64,000 nt of DNA from Candidatus Sumerlaeaceae bacterium (GCA_049968255.1 JBMFRB010000002.1:256001-320000), one strand, 5' to 3'; shown: positions 27,150-37,305, numbered from the stretch's first letter. Made by a program: numbers and translations. Notes: generated from the letters alone by a model not told the origin.

Positions 27150-28495
27150 CACGCCAGCACAAAATCTTTTAGTAGCGCCTCCGCGAAGCTCAGTGCCGTC
27201 GCTCCTCCCACACGGACTCTCCCGTCGGATTGCTCTTGGATTTCCTCAAGCGTTATGTCGTCGAGAAACCTCTGATCCCAAGGGCGCAGGGAGTTTTCCG
27301 GAATCAAATAAATATCGTACTTAGATTTCTCTTGAATTGCTGCAAGGAAATCTGCGCCTGGCAGCAGCCCCGTGACCGTGATGCCTGGACCAAACAGAGA
27401 ATTAGTTCTGACATCCATATCCAATTGGAAATTACTCAACTTCTCATTGAGCACGTTCACTAAGCGTTTGATGACTTTTGCTCCCAGCGGACTAGTGATT
27501 GCCAGTGCTCGAACGGGCTCCGGTAATGACCGAGGGAGGCTTTTGAGCACTTCGTCGAGCGAGCGGTAAAACAGGCTTACCATCCCGACTCCGTTTTCGA
27601 GTTGCGGAATGTCCTCGTACTCTTCGTAGGTAGGCGGGGTCTTGCCAGCGATGAGAAAAAACTCGTCGCTAGGAAAAACCAGCGGGAAGTTGAGCTTCCT
27701 CTTAACTTCGCGTTGCAGCTTCGCGCACTCGGCAAGAAACCGTTGAGCGTATGCTGGAGTAATCTCCTTGAGTTGTGGCAACCTTTGACGATGCGAGGTC
27801 AGGCCGACCGGGACTACTGCAATGGAGCGAATTCCTGGATAGAGCTCAGCAAGATCCCACACTGTCTTTTTCAGCACATCGCGATCATTTATGTCGGGGC
27901 AAAGCACGATTTGGGTGTGGATGGCGATCCTCCCTGCGACAAGGCGTTTGAGAAGCGGCAAAATTGGAGGTGCGTGCGGGTTGAGAAGAAGCTTGCGCCG
28001 GATTTCGGTATCTGTGGCATGGACGCTAAAGTATAACGGAGAGAGACGAAGTTTGAGAATCCGGTCGATATCGTCCTCCGAGAGGCTTGTTCCAGTGATG
28101 TAGTTTCCGTAAAGAAATGAGAGGCGATAATCTTCGTCTTTCACATAAAGCTCAGGTCGCAGCCCGCGTGGAAGTTGGTGCACGAAGCAAAAAACGCAGG
28201 CATTGTTGCAACGTTTGATTTCAAAAGGCTCTAAGTCTAGGCCAAGTCGGTCGTGTGGGCTTTTGCGTACCGTGCGCTTCCTGACCACATTGTGCTCGCG
28301 GTCCCACCATTCGACCGTAAGGCGTCCGGCCGAAACGTTGTACCAATAGTCGAGAATGTCGTGTACCTCGTGCCCATTGAGGCACAGCAGGCGGTCGCCA
28401 GGCTTCATTTTCAAAAGTTCGCCTATCGACCCAGCTTCAACTCCGAGGATCTCTACACCATTCCTGATCTTCGGAGCGCTTTGGGGGCTGGTCAT
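27146..28495 (-). CDS. PDZ + DUF512 radical-SAM-like Fe-S protein
   Basis: N-terminal PDZ-like segment; CNNACVFCF, KDEDYRLSFLYGNY, PQLENGVG. Confidence 0.85.
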   Translation of the reverse strand: MTSPQSAPKIRNGVEILGVEAGSIGELLKMKPGDRLLCLNGHEVHDILDYWYNVSAGRLTVEWWDREHNVVRKRTVRKSPHDRLGLDLEPFEIKRCNNACVFCFVHQLPRGLRPELYVKDEDYRLSFLYGNYITGTSLSEDDIDRILKLRLSPLYFSVHATDTEIRRKLLLNPHAPPILPLLKRLVAGRIAIHTQIVLCPDINDRDVLKKTVWDLAELYPGIRSIAVVPVGLTSHRQRLPQLKEITPAYAQRFLAECAKLQREVKRKLNFPLVFPSDEFFLIAGKTPPTYEEYEDIPQLENGVGMVSLFYRSLDEVLKSLPRSLPEPVRALAITSPLGAKVIKRLVNVLNEKLSNFQLDMDVRTNSLFGPGITVTGLLPGADFLAAIQEKSKYDIYLIPENSLRPWDQRFLDDITLEEIQEQSDGRVRVGGATALSFAEALLKDFVLAC

Positions 28496-30426
28496 GGTTG
28501 CGCCTCCTGGCGAGGAGTATCATCACAAGCTAAGGCCGAAAGGGAAGCCTTGTTCGTTGCGTGGCAGCCCCGCTGTAAGCTTTCTACAATTTGCCAGAAC
28601 TCGTCAAGTGCTCGCGCGGATTCCCGCCGGTAGAATCGAAGACCAATGTAAAGCGTATGCGTTGTATCATCGCGCCAGCCCCAAATCTCGCGGTACGTGA
28701 TGCCGAAGGCGAGCGCCACACCAACGAGGATCACTGCGCAACCAAAGTAGAACCAAGGCAAGGCGGGATCGCGCATGATTCCAAAAAACACTGTATAAGC
28801 AGGGACACTTCCTGCTTCGCGTACCGAAAAACGTTTGGTCGGGGCGCCCGATTGTACGCGAGAGGCCGAGCGGAAAACTGGCGCGCTGGTCGAGACGTCA
28901 AGCTGTGGTGCCCCAGCTTCCGTTCGGTCCGCTGCTAATGGCTCAACCAATGTAACTTGTACTCCATTTTCTTCAGCGAGGGCAAAAATATCGCCTGCTT
29001 TGATAGATACCGACGTAGAGGTTTGCTGAGTATTGTGGGCTGAAAATACGTCAAGCTGCCCCAATACCTGAGCGATTCCGGCGCTGGCGTGGTCGGTGTT
29101 GTCAGCGAGAGAAAAATGCACTAACCATCTCTCACCAATGGGCGTTAGGGCATCTGTCCCGACAGGAACGAGGCGTTGATCCGCGAGTTTTCCCGCTGAA
29201 AAATACGCGAGCAAGACACCTGCACGGTGTTGGAGCGGCGCGGTGGTCTTCGGTTCGACGGCGGAAACATGGTCATTTTCGGCGAAAAAACCCAAAATTA
29301 CAATCGCCTCTGGCAGCTGCTGAAGAGTTTGCATGAGCTCGTTTGCAGTTCTTTCAAGAGTCTCACGGCTCTCGACCCTGCCCTCTTCCAGAATGCGACC
29401 GTTTTTTAGATCAACGATGCGAAACGTTTTCTGTGCGTCCTTCACCCGGTATTCAAAGAAAAGGTCTGAGTCTTGTCCCGGCAGCGGTAGACGGACGGGG
29501 TCACCCTCTTTTGCGTCCAACTCGACGGGTGCTCCACTTCGGCCTTTGTCTTCGACAAAAAAGTGCATTCGCTGCTCGCTGGGAGCCTCGCTGTAGCTAT
29601 TCAAAGTGACCTTGTAGCCGTGCCAAAAGAATGGGGTCGCCATCGAAATCTCCGTGATCGCTTCGTCGCCATGCTGTTTGGCCTCGACAAGCGCCCTGAA
29701 TGAGCGCACAACTTCACTGTTCGGGTATTTCTCGGCAGTAAAATCGAGGACGCGGAAAGAGAACGGCAGTGGGTGTGGGCGTAGGTTGTTTGCTGTTGCC
29801 GGTAAGAGGCGATTTCTGCGCGTATAGTAGTGAGTCACGGTCTGCCCTTCGTTGACAATAAGGTTTCCGTCGTAAATGCCCCAGCCGAACATGCCGGCCA
29901 ACCCGCGAACGACAGTTGCTCCCATGACCAGGAGCAGACCGATGTGGATGACGGTAGCACCGAAGCGACCGCCTAAGCCTTTCTGCGCATAGAAACAGGG
30001 GCCTTGAGTTTCAAAGAATCGAAAGTGCTTCTTGAACACAGCTTGGACTACCGCATCATCCGGTGGTGGAGAAATTTTCGCAGCCGAGTGAAGCCGCGGG
30101 AAAAACTCTGCGGAGTTTGCGAAGTGCCGACGCCAAGGGAGAGAAAGAGCGAGCACTGTTTTTTCCCAGGAGCAAAGGATCAGATTAATTGCAAGTGCTG
30201 CAACGAGAACGAGGAACCACGGGGCGCCAAACACTTTCGCGATGGCGTGATCGACACCCTGTTTGGCATCTGCCGCAATCAGAGAGCCCCATACGGAACT
30301 TACAGCAATTGCAGCGATGAGGAAAATTCCTAAGTGGATCGAGCCAAAAAACCTTATCAGCCTATTGATCACACCGTGCCCATTATGCCTGCGATTTTGC
30401 TCTTCGATGATCGCCCCTCGCCTCAA
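28492..30426 (-). CDS. ResB/Ccs1-like cytochrome c biogenesis membrane protein
   Basis: N-terminal TMs with NLILCS, IHIGLLLV; C-terminal RDP..PWFY.G TM. Confidence 0.7.
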   Translation of the reverse strand: MRRGAIIEEQNRRHNGHGVINRLIRFFGSIHLGIFLIAAIAVSSVWGSLIAADAKQGVDHAIAKVFGAPWFLVLVAALAINLILCSWEKTVLALSLPWRRHFANSAEFFPRLHSAAKISPPPDDAVVQAVFKKHFRFFETQGPCFYAQKGLGGRFGATVIHIGLLLVMGATVVRGLAGMFGWGIYDGNLIVNEGQTVTHYYTRRNRLLPATANNLRPHPLPFSFRVLDFTAEKYPNSEVVRSFRALVEAKQHGDEAITEISMATPFFWHGYKVTLNSYSEAPSEQRMHFFVEDKGRSGAPVELDAKEGDPVRLPLPGQDSDLFFEYRVKDAQKTFRIVDLKNGRILEEGRVESRETLERTANELMQTLQQLPEAIVILGFFAENDHVSAVEPKTTAPLQHRAGVLLAYFSAGKLADQRLVPVGTDALTPIGERWLVHFSLADNTDHASAGIAQVLGQLDVFSAHNTQQTSTSVSIKAGDIFALAEENGVQVTLVEPLAADRTEAGAPQLDVSTSAPVFRSASRVQSGAPTKRFSVREAGSVPAYTVFFGIMRDPALPWFYFGCAVILVGVALAFGITYREIWGWRDDTTHTLYIGLRFYRRESARALDEFWQIVESLQRGCHATNKASLSALACDDTPRQEAQP

Positions 30427-30489
30427 AAGTGGCGGATTTGGGTACTCTTTAATTCTACCAAAATCGTACCGATGTCGATCTATTTCACT

Positions 30490-31074
30490 TCACCGGAAAC
30501 TTGCTTCTGCAAGAAATGATTCCAGACTTTGTATGTACACGGCTTTCCCGCTGCGGGACACAAATAGGAGGGCGTCGCAACGGCGGAGCTCTCGTTCAGT
30601 AAAAATCTCTGTCTCGAAATAGGGCACTAGAAGCACCCGCTTTCGGTTACGCAATCGCAGAATGGCAGCACCTTTTGGGTTCCCGTGCAACGGAATGAAC
30701 GTCTCAATATCATCGAGGAAGCCAGCTTGTCGTAGGCGGTCGAGCACCTGTTTGCACGCTACATCTACGGGTGGCTGTGTGTCTGCTGGTGCCTCCGCTG
30801 GTATTGTTCCGTAAAGGTTACTCTGAGTGAACGGAATTTCCTGCTGAGGGGAGTCTTGATTGTTTTGCTCAGTGATATTCGAGGCTAAGAGAGCGGCGAG
30901 GGCAGCTGCTTCAAACTGCGCTTCATTGATACGCTCCGCTTCCTGTTGTTGCCTAAGATAGCGCACAACACGGTAGGTGGCATAGCCGATGGCCAGGAGA
31001 GCAGCTGTCACGGTGATCCACATGCCGGTGCTGAGGAGACTAGCGGCGCCAGGCTGTTGAGCCAGATCTTCCAT
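30490..31074 (-). CDS. Hypothetical single-TM protein (likely ATG 31074)
   Basis: Long ORF co-oriented with neighbours; one TM segment followed by a soluble domain. Confidence 0.6.
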   Translation of the reverse strand: MEDLAQQPGAASLLSTGMWITVTAALLAIGYATYRVVRYLRQQQEAERINEAQFEAAALAALLASNITEQNNQDSPQQEIPFTQSNLYGTIPAEAPADTQPPVDVACKQVLDRLRQAGFLDDIETFIPLHGNPKGAAILRLRNRKRVLLVPYFETEIFTERELRRCDALLFVSRSGKAVYIQSLESFLAEASFR

Positions 31075-31217
31075 CAGAACGAGAGAGGCCGAGGATTCGC
31101 CAGGGGAAGAAATTCCCCGCGAGCTGAAGGCGGTGACTGCAGCGACAAGAGTCCATTCGCACCTTTTCGCAGCAAGTGACAGGCCTCTTTTCTTTGCCCA
31201 AAAGATCAAGGCAACCG

Positions 31218-32114
31218 TTAGAGATAGAAGATGACGAACATGACCACAAGCCATGAAAGTATATTCACGATGAGTGGGAGATCCTGCAAGAGCAATGCCT
31301 CAGGCGCGCCCCCCTCTTCGCGTTTGTACACGAGGTAAAGGTAGCGAAAGATCCCGTAAAGGACGAACGGAACTGTAAAGATCAGAAATTCGTGATGCCG
31401 AGTAGCTTCGGGACGGACGCCGAGAGTGACATAAAGGGCGTAAGAGATAACGGTGGCGGCCGTGGCCACGCTCACCATCTGGTCAAGGAGCTGGTGAGAA
31501 TAGTCATCAAGAACTGGCCGATGGTTTGTGGCCGAATCACTCAGAAGTAGAAGCTCGTGGCGGCGTTTGCAAATTGCAATGAATAAAGCAAGAAAAAGCA
31601 CGCAGACGATAAACCAGGGGGTGATGCGGATCTTTTCTTCGGGGTATTCGATAGCCAATATTCCTCCGACGGCACGCATAACAAAGCCGATTGCAACCAC
31701 AAGCACATCGAGGATCACCATGTGCTTGAGGCGGAGTGAGTAAGCTATCATCGTCACGAGGTAAAGAAGTCCAAGAAGGCCAAAGCGCATGTTGAGCGCA
31801 AAACTGCCAGCCACACCGACAAGAGCGAGGATTCCGGCGACATGCGCCGCGAGTCTTGGAGAGATTGCTCCGGAAGCTAGTGGGCGCTTGCGTTTAAAAG
31901 GATGTTGTCGATCTGCTTCGAGGTCTGCTAAATCGTTAATAAGATAAACTACACTGGATACGCAACAAAAAAGAAAAAAAGCGGTCGCGGCACGAAGGAT
32001 ACGGTCAGCTTCCAAAGCATGACGAGAGAAGATAAGCCCAGCGAACAGCAGCAGATTTTTCGTCCACTGCTTTGGCCTTAACTCTTCAATCAGTGCGTCA
32101 ATTGTTCCTGGCAT
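31218..32114 (-). CDS. UbiA-family polyprenyl-phosphate phosphoribosyltransferase (DPPR-synthase-like); likely ATG 32114
   Basis: LRPKQWTKNLL, YLINDLAD.EADRQHP.KRKRPLASG, KRRHEL, RPVL..Y, YGIFRYLY. Confidence 0.85.
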   Translation of the reverse strand: MPGTIDALIEELRPKQWTKNLLLFAGLIFSRHALEADRILRAATAFFLFCCVSSVVYLINDLADLEADRQHPFKRKRPLASGAISPRLAAHVAGILALVGVAGSFALNMRFGLLGLLYLVTMIAYSLRLKHMVILDVLVVAIGFVMRAVGGILAIEYPEEKIRITPWFIVCVLFLALFIAICKRRHELLLLSDSATNHRPVLDDYSHQLLDQMVSVATAATVISYALYVTLGVRPEATRHHEFLIFTVPFVLYGIFRYLYLVYKREEGGAPEALLLQDLPLIVNILSWLVVMFVIFYL

Positions 32115-32200
32115 TTCAATAGATCCGATAGGTCTTCCTACTCGCGAGCTTCCAAAACATCTGCTCAATTCTCTATCTAGCGCGAAAATCAAAGATAAAC

Positions 32201-34570
32201 ATGCGAGAGAACTGCGCAATTCTTATTGACGCGAGGACTATCCCTTCCCACACTACTTCATTTATGCACCCAACAGAAGTCTATGTGCGAACGTGCAGCC
32301 TTCGAATCGGGCAAACAAGCCAACGTGAGCACTTTTTTTGGCTGTTGCCCATGGTGGCGTGTTTGTTCTTTTTGGCTAGTGCGCTGGGCGCCACAACGAT
32401 AACAAAAACCTTTGATCGGCCGACGACACCTACGGACGAAAAGGCAATTTCTTCGCTGGCAAAATTAGGTTCTGATGACGAAACAACGGCTCCGCGAGCC
32501 CGACAATTCCAACTCACGCCAGTCGCAACTCTTGAGGTTGCAGTCTCAGCCCGCCAGGTCAAGTTTGGCACTGTTGGGACGACGCAGACAGTTCGTTTCT
32601 TGGTCGAGGACGAGCAAGGTAAACCTTTGGCCGGTGTTAGTCTTTCACCTGTAGTTGTGGCCGAGCCAGAGGGAACGCGAAAGCACATGGAGATTCATCC
32701 CCGCACCGCCGTGACCGACGCCGCGGGGTATGTGACGTTCCAGGTTTTTCTTGGAGACCAACCAGGTCTTTACGACGTGCTTCTCTTTCAAAATACTCCG
32801 GCCCAAGGCGAGATTGTTTTTACTCGGCTCGAGTTCGTTGTGCAGGACAACAACTGGGCCACGATGCTCGTTCTCAGTCTCGCAGGCGGGCTCGCCATCT
32901 TTCTTTATGGTCTGAAGTTAGCCTCTGATGGGCTGCAAGCTTTGGTGGGGGATCGGCTAAGGCAACATGTGGCCGAGTGGACAAAAAATCCGCTCAGTGG
33001 CTTGCTCGTTGGTTTCGTGATTACGACACTGACACAGAGTAGCGGTGCGACGACGGCGCTCGTGATGACTTTTGTGCGTGCCGGCGCATTATCTTTGTCG
33101 AATTCCATTGGTATTATTTTGGGCGCCGCAATCAGTGGCACGCTCACCGTCCAGCTCATTTCTTTGAATCTTTTTGCTTATGCATTGCCAGCGATCGCAG
33201 TGGGATTTGCTATTTATCTGCGGCAGGGCTCTGCCCGCTCGCGTGCTACTGGCCTCGCTATTATGGGAGTTGGTTTTGTCTTTTTCGGCATGAAAATCAT
33301 GACAGACGAGATGGCTCCGCTGAAGCTCTTTCCATTTTTCACAGCAGCCGTCAAAGCTTTGAGTGATCATCCCGTATGGGCAGTCGCGTTCAGTTTTCTT
33401 TTTACCGCCATGGCCCAGAGCAGTGGGGCAACGGTCGGTATCGTTCTCTCTTTGACCCGGCAGGAGCTACTCACACTAGAAGAAGCGATCCCAATGTTTT
33501 TTGGGGCCGCAATTGGGGCAAGCGTCACAGGGTTGACCGCTGCCATAGGCGCTCCGCCAGAGGCAAAGCGCGTGGCGCTGGCCCACCTTTTATACAAAAT
33601 TGCCGGGACATTAGTGTTTCTTCCCTTCATTGGCCCGCTGGCCAAGGCTGGGCTTTTGGTCACAAATCTTTTTATGTTTGATCCACGGACGGCCCTGCCA
33701 GCGGATGTCAATTCGCGTGCCGTAGCAAACACCTACACGCTCTTTATGATTGTGACTTCAGCGCTCACGATCCCAGCAATTCCTCTTCTGGAAAAGTTGT
33801 GCAGATTCCTCGTGCCGGAAAAGCGTGTAGCGGATATTGCTCGGGCGAAATATTTAGCTCTCACTGCAGGGGATCAAGCCGCCGTAAAGTTGGGTGCAGC
33901 ACGGCGCGAGTTGTCGCGAATGGCGCGTTTTGTGGAGGAAATGTATCACAAAGTCCCAGACGCACTTTTTGAAAAAGACGAAGAAGCTGCCATTTTCATC
34001 CGGGAACGAGATCAGAAAGTGGACATGCTCAACACTGAGCTCACGCGCCATCTAATCGATTTGACCAGCCACGACATTGGGGAAAAAGATATTTTGGAAG
34101 CCACTACGCTCCTTTTCATTGTGAGCGATTTGGAATCTGTTGGCGACATCATTGACAAAAATATCGTTCCGCTTGCGCAAAAAATGCGCGCTAAAAATCT
34201 CACTTTTTCTCGAGAAGGGCTTGAGGACTTAGAGGCCTTGTATAGTGCAGTGATGGAGCGACTGTCTCACACGATCATTGCTCTAACGACGAAAGAAACC
34301 TTTTTGGCCAACTCGGTCGTGGAAGGTTTCTATCGTCTGCAGAATGAGGGAAAACTTTTGCACTATAATCATCTCATGCGATTGCGCGCAAACGTGCTTG
34401 AATCAGTGGAGACGAGTAGTATCCACTTGGACGTGATTCATTATCTTCTGCGCATTGATTATCTCTTGTTTGATATCTGTTTGCACCTCTTGGGAAAGGG
34501 GCTTCCGCCGGAAGTTCTGGCACAGGCTCAACAGATGTGCGCCACGCCCCCGCAAGAATCAGACGTGTGA
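32201..34570 (+). CDS. Na+/Pi cotransporter (NptA/PhoU family) with N-terminal Ig-like extracytoplasmic domain; true start probably 32264 or 32351
   Basis: GGLAIFLYGL, two QSSGAT repeats, C-terminal PhoU-like helices (DLESVGD); N-terminal DEQGKPLAGV...TDAAGY. Confidence 0.85.
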   Translation: MRENCAILIDARTIPSHTTSFMHPTEVYVRTCSLRIGQTSQREHFFWLLPMVACLFFLASALGATTITKTFDRPTTPTDEKAISSLAKLGSDDETTAPRARQFQLTPVATLEVAVSARQVKFGTVGTTQTVRFLVEDEQGKPLAGVSLSPVVVAEPEGTRKHMEIHPRTAVTDAAGYVTFQVFLGDQPGLYDVLLFQNTPAQGEIVFTRLEFVVQDNNWATMLVLSLAGGLAIFLYGLKLASDGLQALVGDRLRQHVAEWTKNPLSGLLVGFVITTLTQSSGATTALVMTFVRAGALSLSNSIGIILGAAISGTLTVQLISLNLFAYALPAIAVGFAIYLRQGSARSRATGLAIMGVGFVFFGMKIMTDEMAPLKLFPFFTAAVKALSDHPVWAVAFSFLFTAMAQSSGATVGIVLSLTRQELLTLEEAIPMFFGAAIGASVTGLTAAIGAPPEAKRVALAHLLYKIAGTLVFLPFIGPLAKAGLLVTNLFMFDPRTALPADVNSRAVANTYTLFMIVTSALTIPAIPLLEKLCRFLVPEKRVADIARAKYLALTAGDQAAVKLGAARRELSRMARFVEEMYHKVPDALFEKDEEAAIFIRERDQKVDMLNTELTRHLIDLTSHDIGEKDILEATTLLFIVSDLESVGDIIDKNIVPLAQKMRAKNLTFSREGLEDLEALYSAVMERLSHTIIALTTKETFLANSVVEGFYRLQNEGKLLHYNHLMRLRANVLESVETSSIHLDVIHYLLRIDYLLFDICLHLLGKGLPPEVLAQAQQMCATPPQESDV

Positions 34571-34586
34571 TGAATGATCGGTTGGA

Positions 34587-35345
34587 GTGACGGCGAAAAG
34601 TAGCGTGGAGCACGATTTCCGAGTAGCGTTAGTAACAGGCGCGAGCCGTGGTTTGGGTCAAGCCGTCTGCCATGCGTTAGCTCGCAACGGTTATTGCGTC
34701 ATAGGGGTCAGTCGGACCTTCGAACCGACTTCGGGTTCTTTCCCTATACCCAAGCGACGCTGTAAAAGAGGCACCTTGCTGCGATTTCACTGCGATGTTC
34801 GCTCCGGCGCTGACACGAGAGCGCTGGTGTCGTGGGTCGACGCAAACCTAGGGAGGCTAGATGTGCTGGTAAACAATGCGGGGGTAGGGACGTTTATTCC
34901 GGTGGGGGAGACTTCTGACAAGCAATGGGAAACCATCCTTTCAACGAACTTGACCGGTGCTTTTTTGTGCACCCGTGAAAGTATTCCCCTCTTGGAAAAG
35001 AGCGGTGGGGGGCTCATAGTGAATGTTGCTTCTATCGCAGCAATCCGGGGACTCCCGAATCTGGCCGCTTACAGTGCGAGCAAAGCGGGGCTCGTTGGTA
35101 TGGGCCAAGCACTAGCGGCCGAGCTGCGGCCCCGAAACATACATGTGTGCAACGTGCTTGCAGGCGCTATTGCCACGGAATTTTGGAACTCAGCAGGCTT
35201 GGCTGCACATTGGAGTCGGGAGGACATGATGTCCGCGGAGAGGGTGGCAGAGCTTTTGTCCCATGTCATTGGTCTCTACCCTGATGTTGTTGTGGAGCAG
35301 CTCGTCCTCATGCCAGCGCGAGGTCTGATTCAAGATGTAGGGTAG
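34587..35345 (+). CDS. Short-chain dehydrogenase/reductase
   Basis: TGASRGLG, NNAG, YSASK. Confidence 0.9.
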   Translation: MTAKSSVEHDFRVALVTGASRGLGQAVCHALARNGYCVIGVSRTFEPTSGSFPIPKRRCKRGTLLRFHCDVRSGADTRALVSWVDANLGRLDVLVNNAGVGTFIPVGETSDKQWETILSTNLTGAFLCTRESIPLLEKSGGGLIVNVASIAAIRGLPNLAAYSASKAGLVGMGQALAAELRPRNIHVCNVLAGAIATEFWNSAGLAAHWSREDMMSAERVAELLSHVIGLYPDVVVEQLVLMPARGLIQDVG

Positions 35346-36238
35346 GACTGGGCTAAGTCGGCTAGATTTTCGCTAAGCGCGCGTGGAGCAAATCCTAGTA
35401 AAGTTCGCGCTTTTGTGATGTCGAGGGACACATCTTGAGGGCGGGGGGCCGGCAGGTTTTGCTGCTCTTCTACCAGCAAGGCTGGTTCGATGTTTGAAGC
35501 AGGCAAACCAAATGCTTCAGCAACTTTCACTCCGATCTCGTAACGGGACAATTTTTCTGCCCCTCCGGCATGCCAGAGGCCAGTCTGATGCGTTTTGATT
35601 AAGTAAACAATAAGCCAGCAAAGTTCGTTCACTGCGATTGGGGAGCGATATTCATCCGTGAATAGTTTGCACTTGCCGCGTCTCAGATCCTCAAGTAACC
35701 ATTTGAGGAAACCTCCTCGACCCAAGGGGGTTGGGCTCCCGTAGATCAGTGCGCTTCTCACAATGGCCCAGTCTGCTTCGTAGCTAAGCTCGACAGCCTG
35801 TTCCGCTGCTCTTTTCGTTCGTCCGTAGACCATGATAGGATTGGGCTGATCGTTTTCGGTGTAGCCGCCCTTTTTGCCGTCAAAAACGAGGTCGGTTGAA
35901 ATCAACACGAAAAAGGGCTTTTCGCGGAAAACCTCGTTAGCGGCTTGAATGATGTTCTGTGTGGAGGCAAAATTGTCACGTAACGCAGCCTCGGGCTGTG
36001 CTTCGCAAGTGGCAGTCGAAGTGACGGCCGCAGTGTGGACGATATGGCTGGGCTGCCATTTTGCCAAAAGCTCGCGGGTCTGCGTTGCGTCGCCCAAGTC
36101 ACAGTGAGTGCAGGTTGCTTTTTCAAACGTAATTGGGGATTTCCTGAAGACAGCCATGACCTCGCACCCGCATTTTTCCAAGGAACTCACGAGATGATAG
36201 CCTAAAAATCCAGAAGCACCCGTGACCATAACTCTCAT
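35330..36238 (-). CDS. dTDP-4-dehydrorhamnose reductase-like (RmlD/RfbD family)
   Basis: TGASGFLG, ISTDLVFDG, YGRTK, APRP.DVSL. Confidence 0.85.
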   Translation of the reverse strand: MRVMVTGASGFLGYHLVSSLEKCGCEVMAVFRKSPITFEKATCTHCDLGDATQTRELLAKWQPSHIVHTAAVTSTATCEAQPEAALRDNFASTQNIIQAANEVFREKPFFVLISTDLVFDGKKGGYTENDQPNPIMVYGRTKRAAEQAVELSYEADWAIVRSALIYGSPTPLGRGGFLKWLLEDLRRGKCKLFTDEYRSPIAVNELCWLIVYLIKTHQTGLWHAGGAEKLSRYEIGVKVAEAFGLPASNIEPALLVEEQQNLPAPRPQDVSLDITKARTLLGFAPRALSENLADLAQSYPTS

Positions 36239-37161
36239 GAGCCACCTCCAGCTCCTTTCTCGGCGAGTCGTGTGAGTCGCTCCACGGCACTTCTCAGCTT
36301 CTGAGTGTTGGTATGAGTATAGATCTGAGTGGACGTGATGGAGGCATGGCCAAGCAGGCGCTGAATCTCAAGAATGTCCACTTCGCTCAAATGCAAAAGG
36401 GTGGCGAACGTGTGACGAAGCTTGTGCGGACTGATTCTCCCTTTTACGATCCCCGCGCGTCTGACGTGCTTTTTGACAATATTATAAACTCCGCGGCCGG
36501 TAAGGCGCTTACCGAATTTGTTCACGAAAAGCGGTTCGGGATCCGCAGTAACGGGGCGGACCTCCAACCATGCCGTCAGTGCATCAATGACGATCGCGTT
36601 TAGGGGAATAAGACGCTCTTTTGAGCCTTTTCCCAGGACTTTAGCTGTTCGTCGCTCGAAATCTATGGAAGCAAGATCGAGCCCAACAAGTTCTTGCCTG
36701 CGCATTCCAGTAAAGGCAAGAAGAACGAGAATTGCGTAGTCGCGCACGCCCCACGTATCTGATAGTTCCGGGGCTGACAAAAGGGCGCGTAATTCGCTTT
36801 CCACGAGATAGATTGGTAGCTTGCGGGGAAGTTTTGGATTATGAATGTAGGCCGCTGGGCTATATTCGATGTGCTTTTGTTGCACACAGTACTCAAAGAA
36901 AACGCGTAACGACGCAATCGTTCGACTCAGCGTCGCGCTTTTGTGGCGACGCTCCTGCTGAAGATGGTTGAGGTAATCTTTGATATGCTGAGTGTTCACC
37001 CGACCAACGGATGGTTCCGACCCAAGCGTGCGAATGAGATACTCCTTAAACTTCTGCAGGTCGTAGCGATACGCGGCACGTGTGGAAGGAGAGAGGTTTC
37101 GTTCGACCTTAAGATATTGGTCGAACTCCGACATGATGTCTGAGAAAACGGCCAGCGCCAT
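36235..37161 (-). CDS. XerC/XerD-family tyrosine recombinase
   Basis: N-terminal SAM-like domain (ERNLSPST..AYRYDL); catalytic R (TGMR), K (GKGSKER), HxxR (HKLRH), H and Y (LLGHASITSTQIY). Confidence 0.93.
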   Translation of the reverse strand: MALAVFSDIMSEFDQYLKVERNLSPSTRAAYRYDLQKFKEYLIRTLGSEPSVGRVNTQHIKDYLNHLQQERRHKSATLSRTIASLRVFFEYCVQQKHIEYSPAAYIHNPKLPRKLPIYLVESELRALLSAPELSDTWGVRDYAILVLLAFTGMRRQELVGLDLASIDFERRTAKVLGKGSKERLIPLNAIVIDALTAWLEVRPVTADPEPLFVNKFGKRLTGRGVYNIVKKHVRRAGIVKGRISPHKLRHTFATLLHLSEVDILEIQRLLGHASITSTQIYTHTNTQKLRSAVERLTRLAEKGAGGGS

Positions 37162-37305
37162 CCAACAGTTCTCCAGAAACAGCTTGTTCTACTCTCAGAA
37201 GACACATTAGTGTTTGCGCTTGATACGACACAACGCAACCAAAAACTCTTCTGACACAGTGAGAAGCAAAGCGACAATTCAGAGATTCCAGCAGGGGAGT
37301 GGCCA

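Noticed and set aside
36235-37161. Tyrosine recombinase as the integrase of a mobile element
   Set aside because: It has XerC/D size and architecture, overlaps a housekeeping-type gene, and shows no att repeats, adjacent tRNA or phage/ICE cargo.
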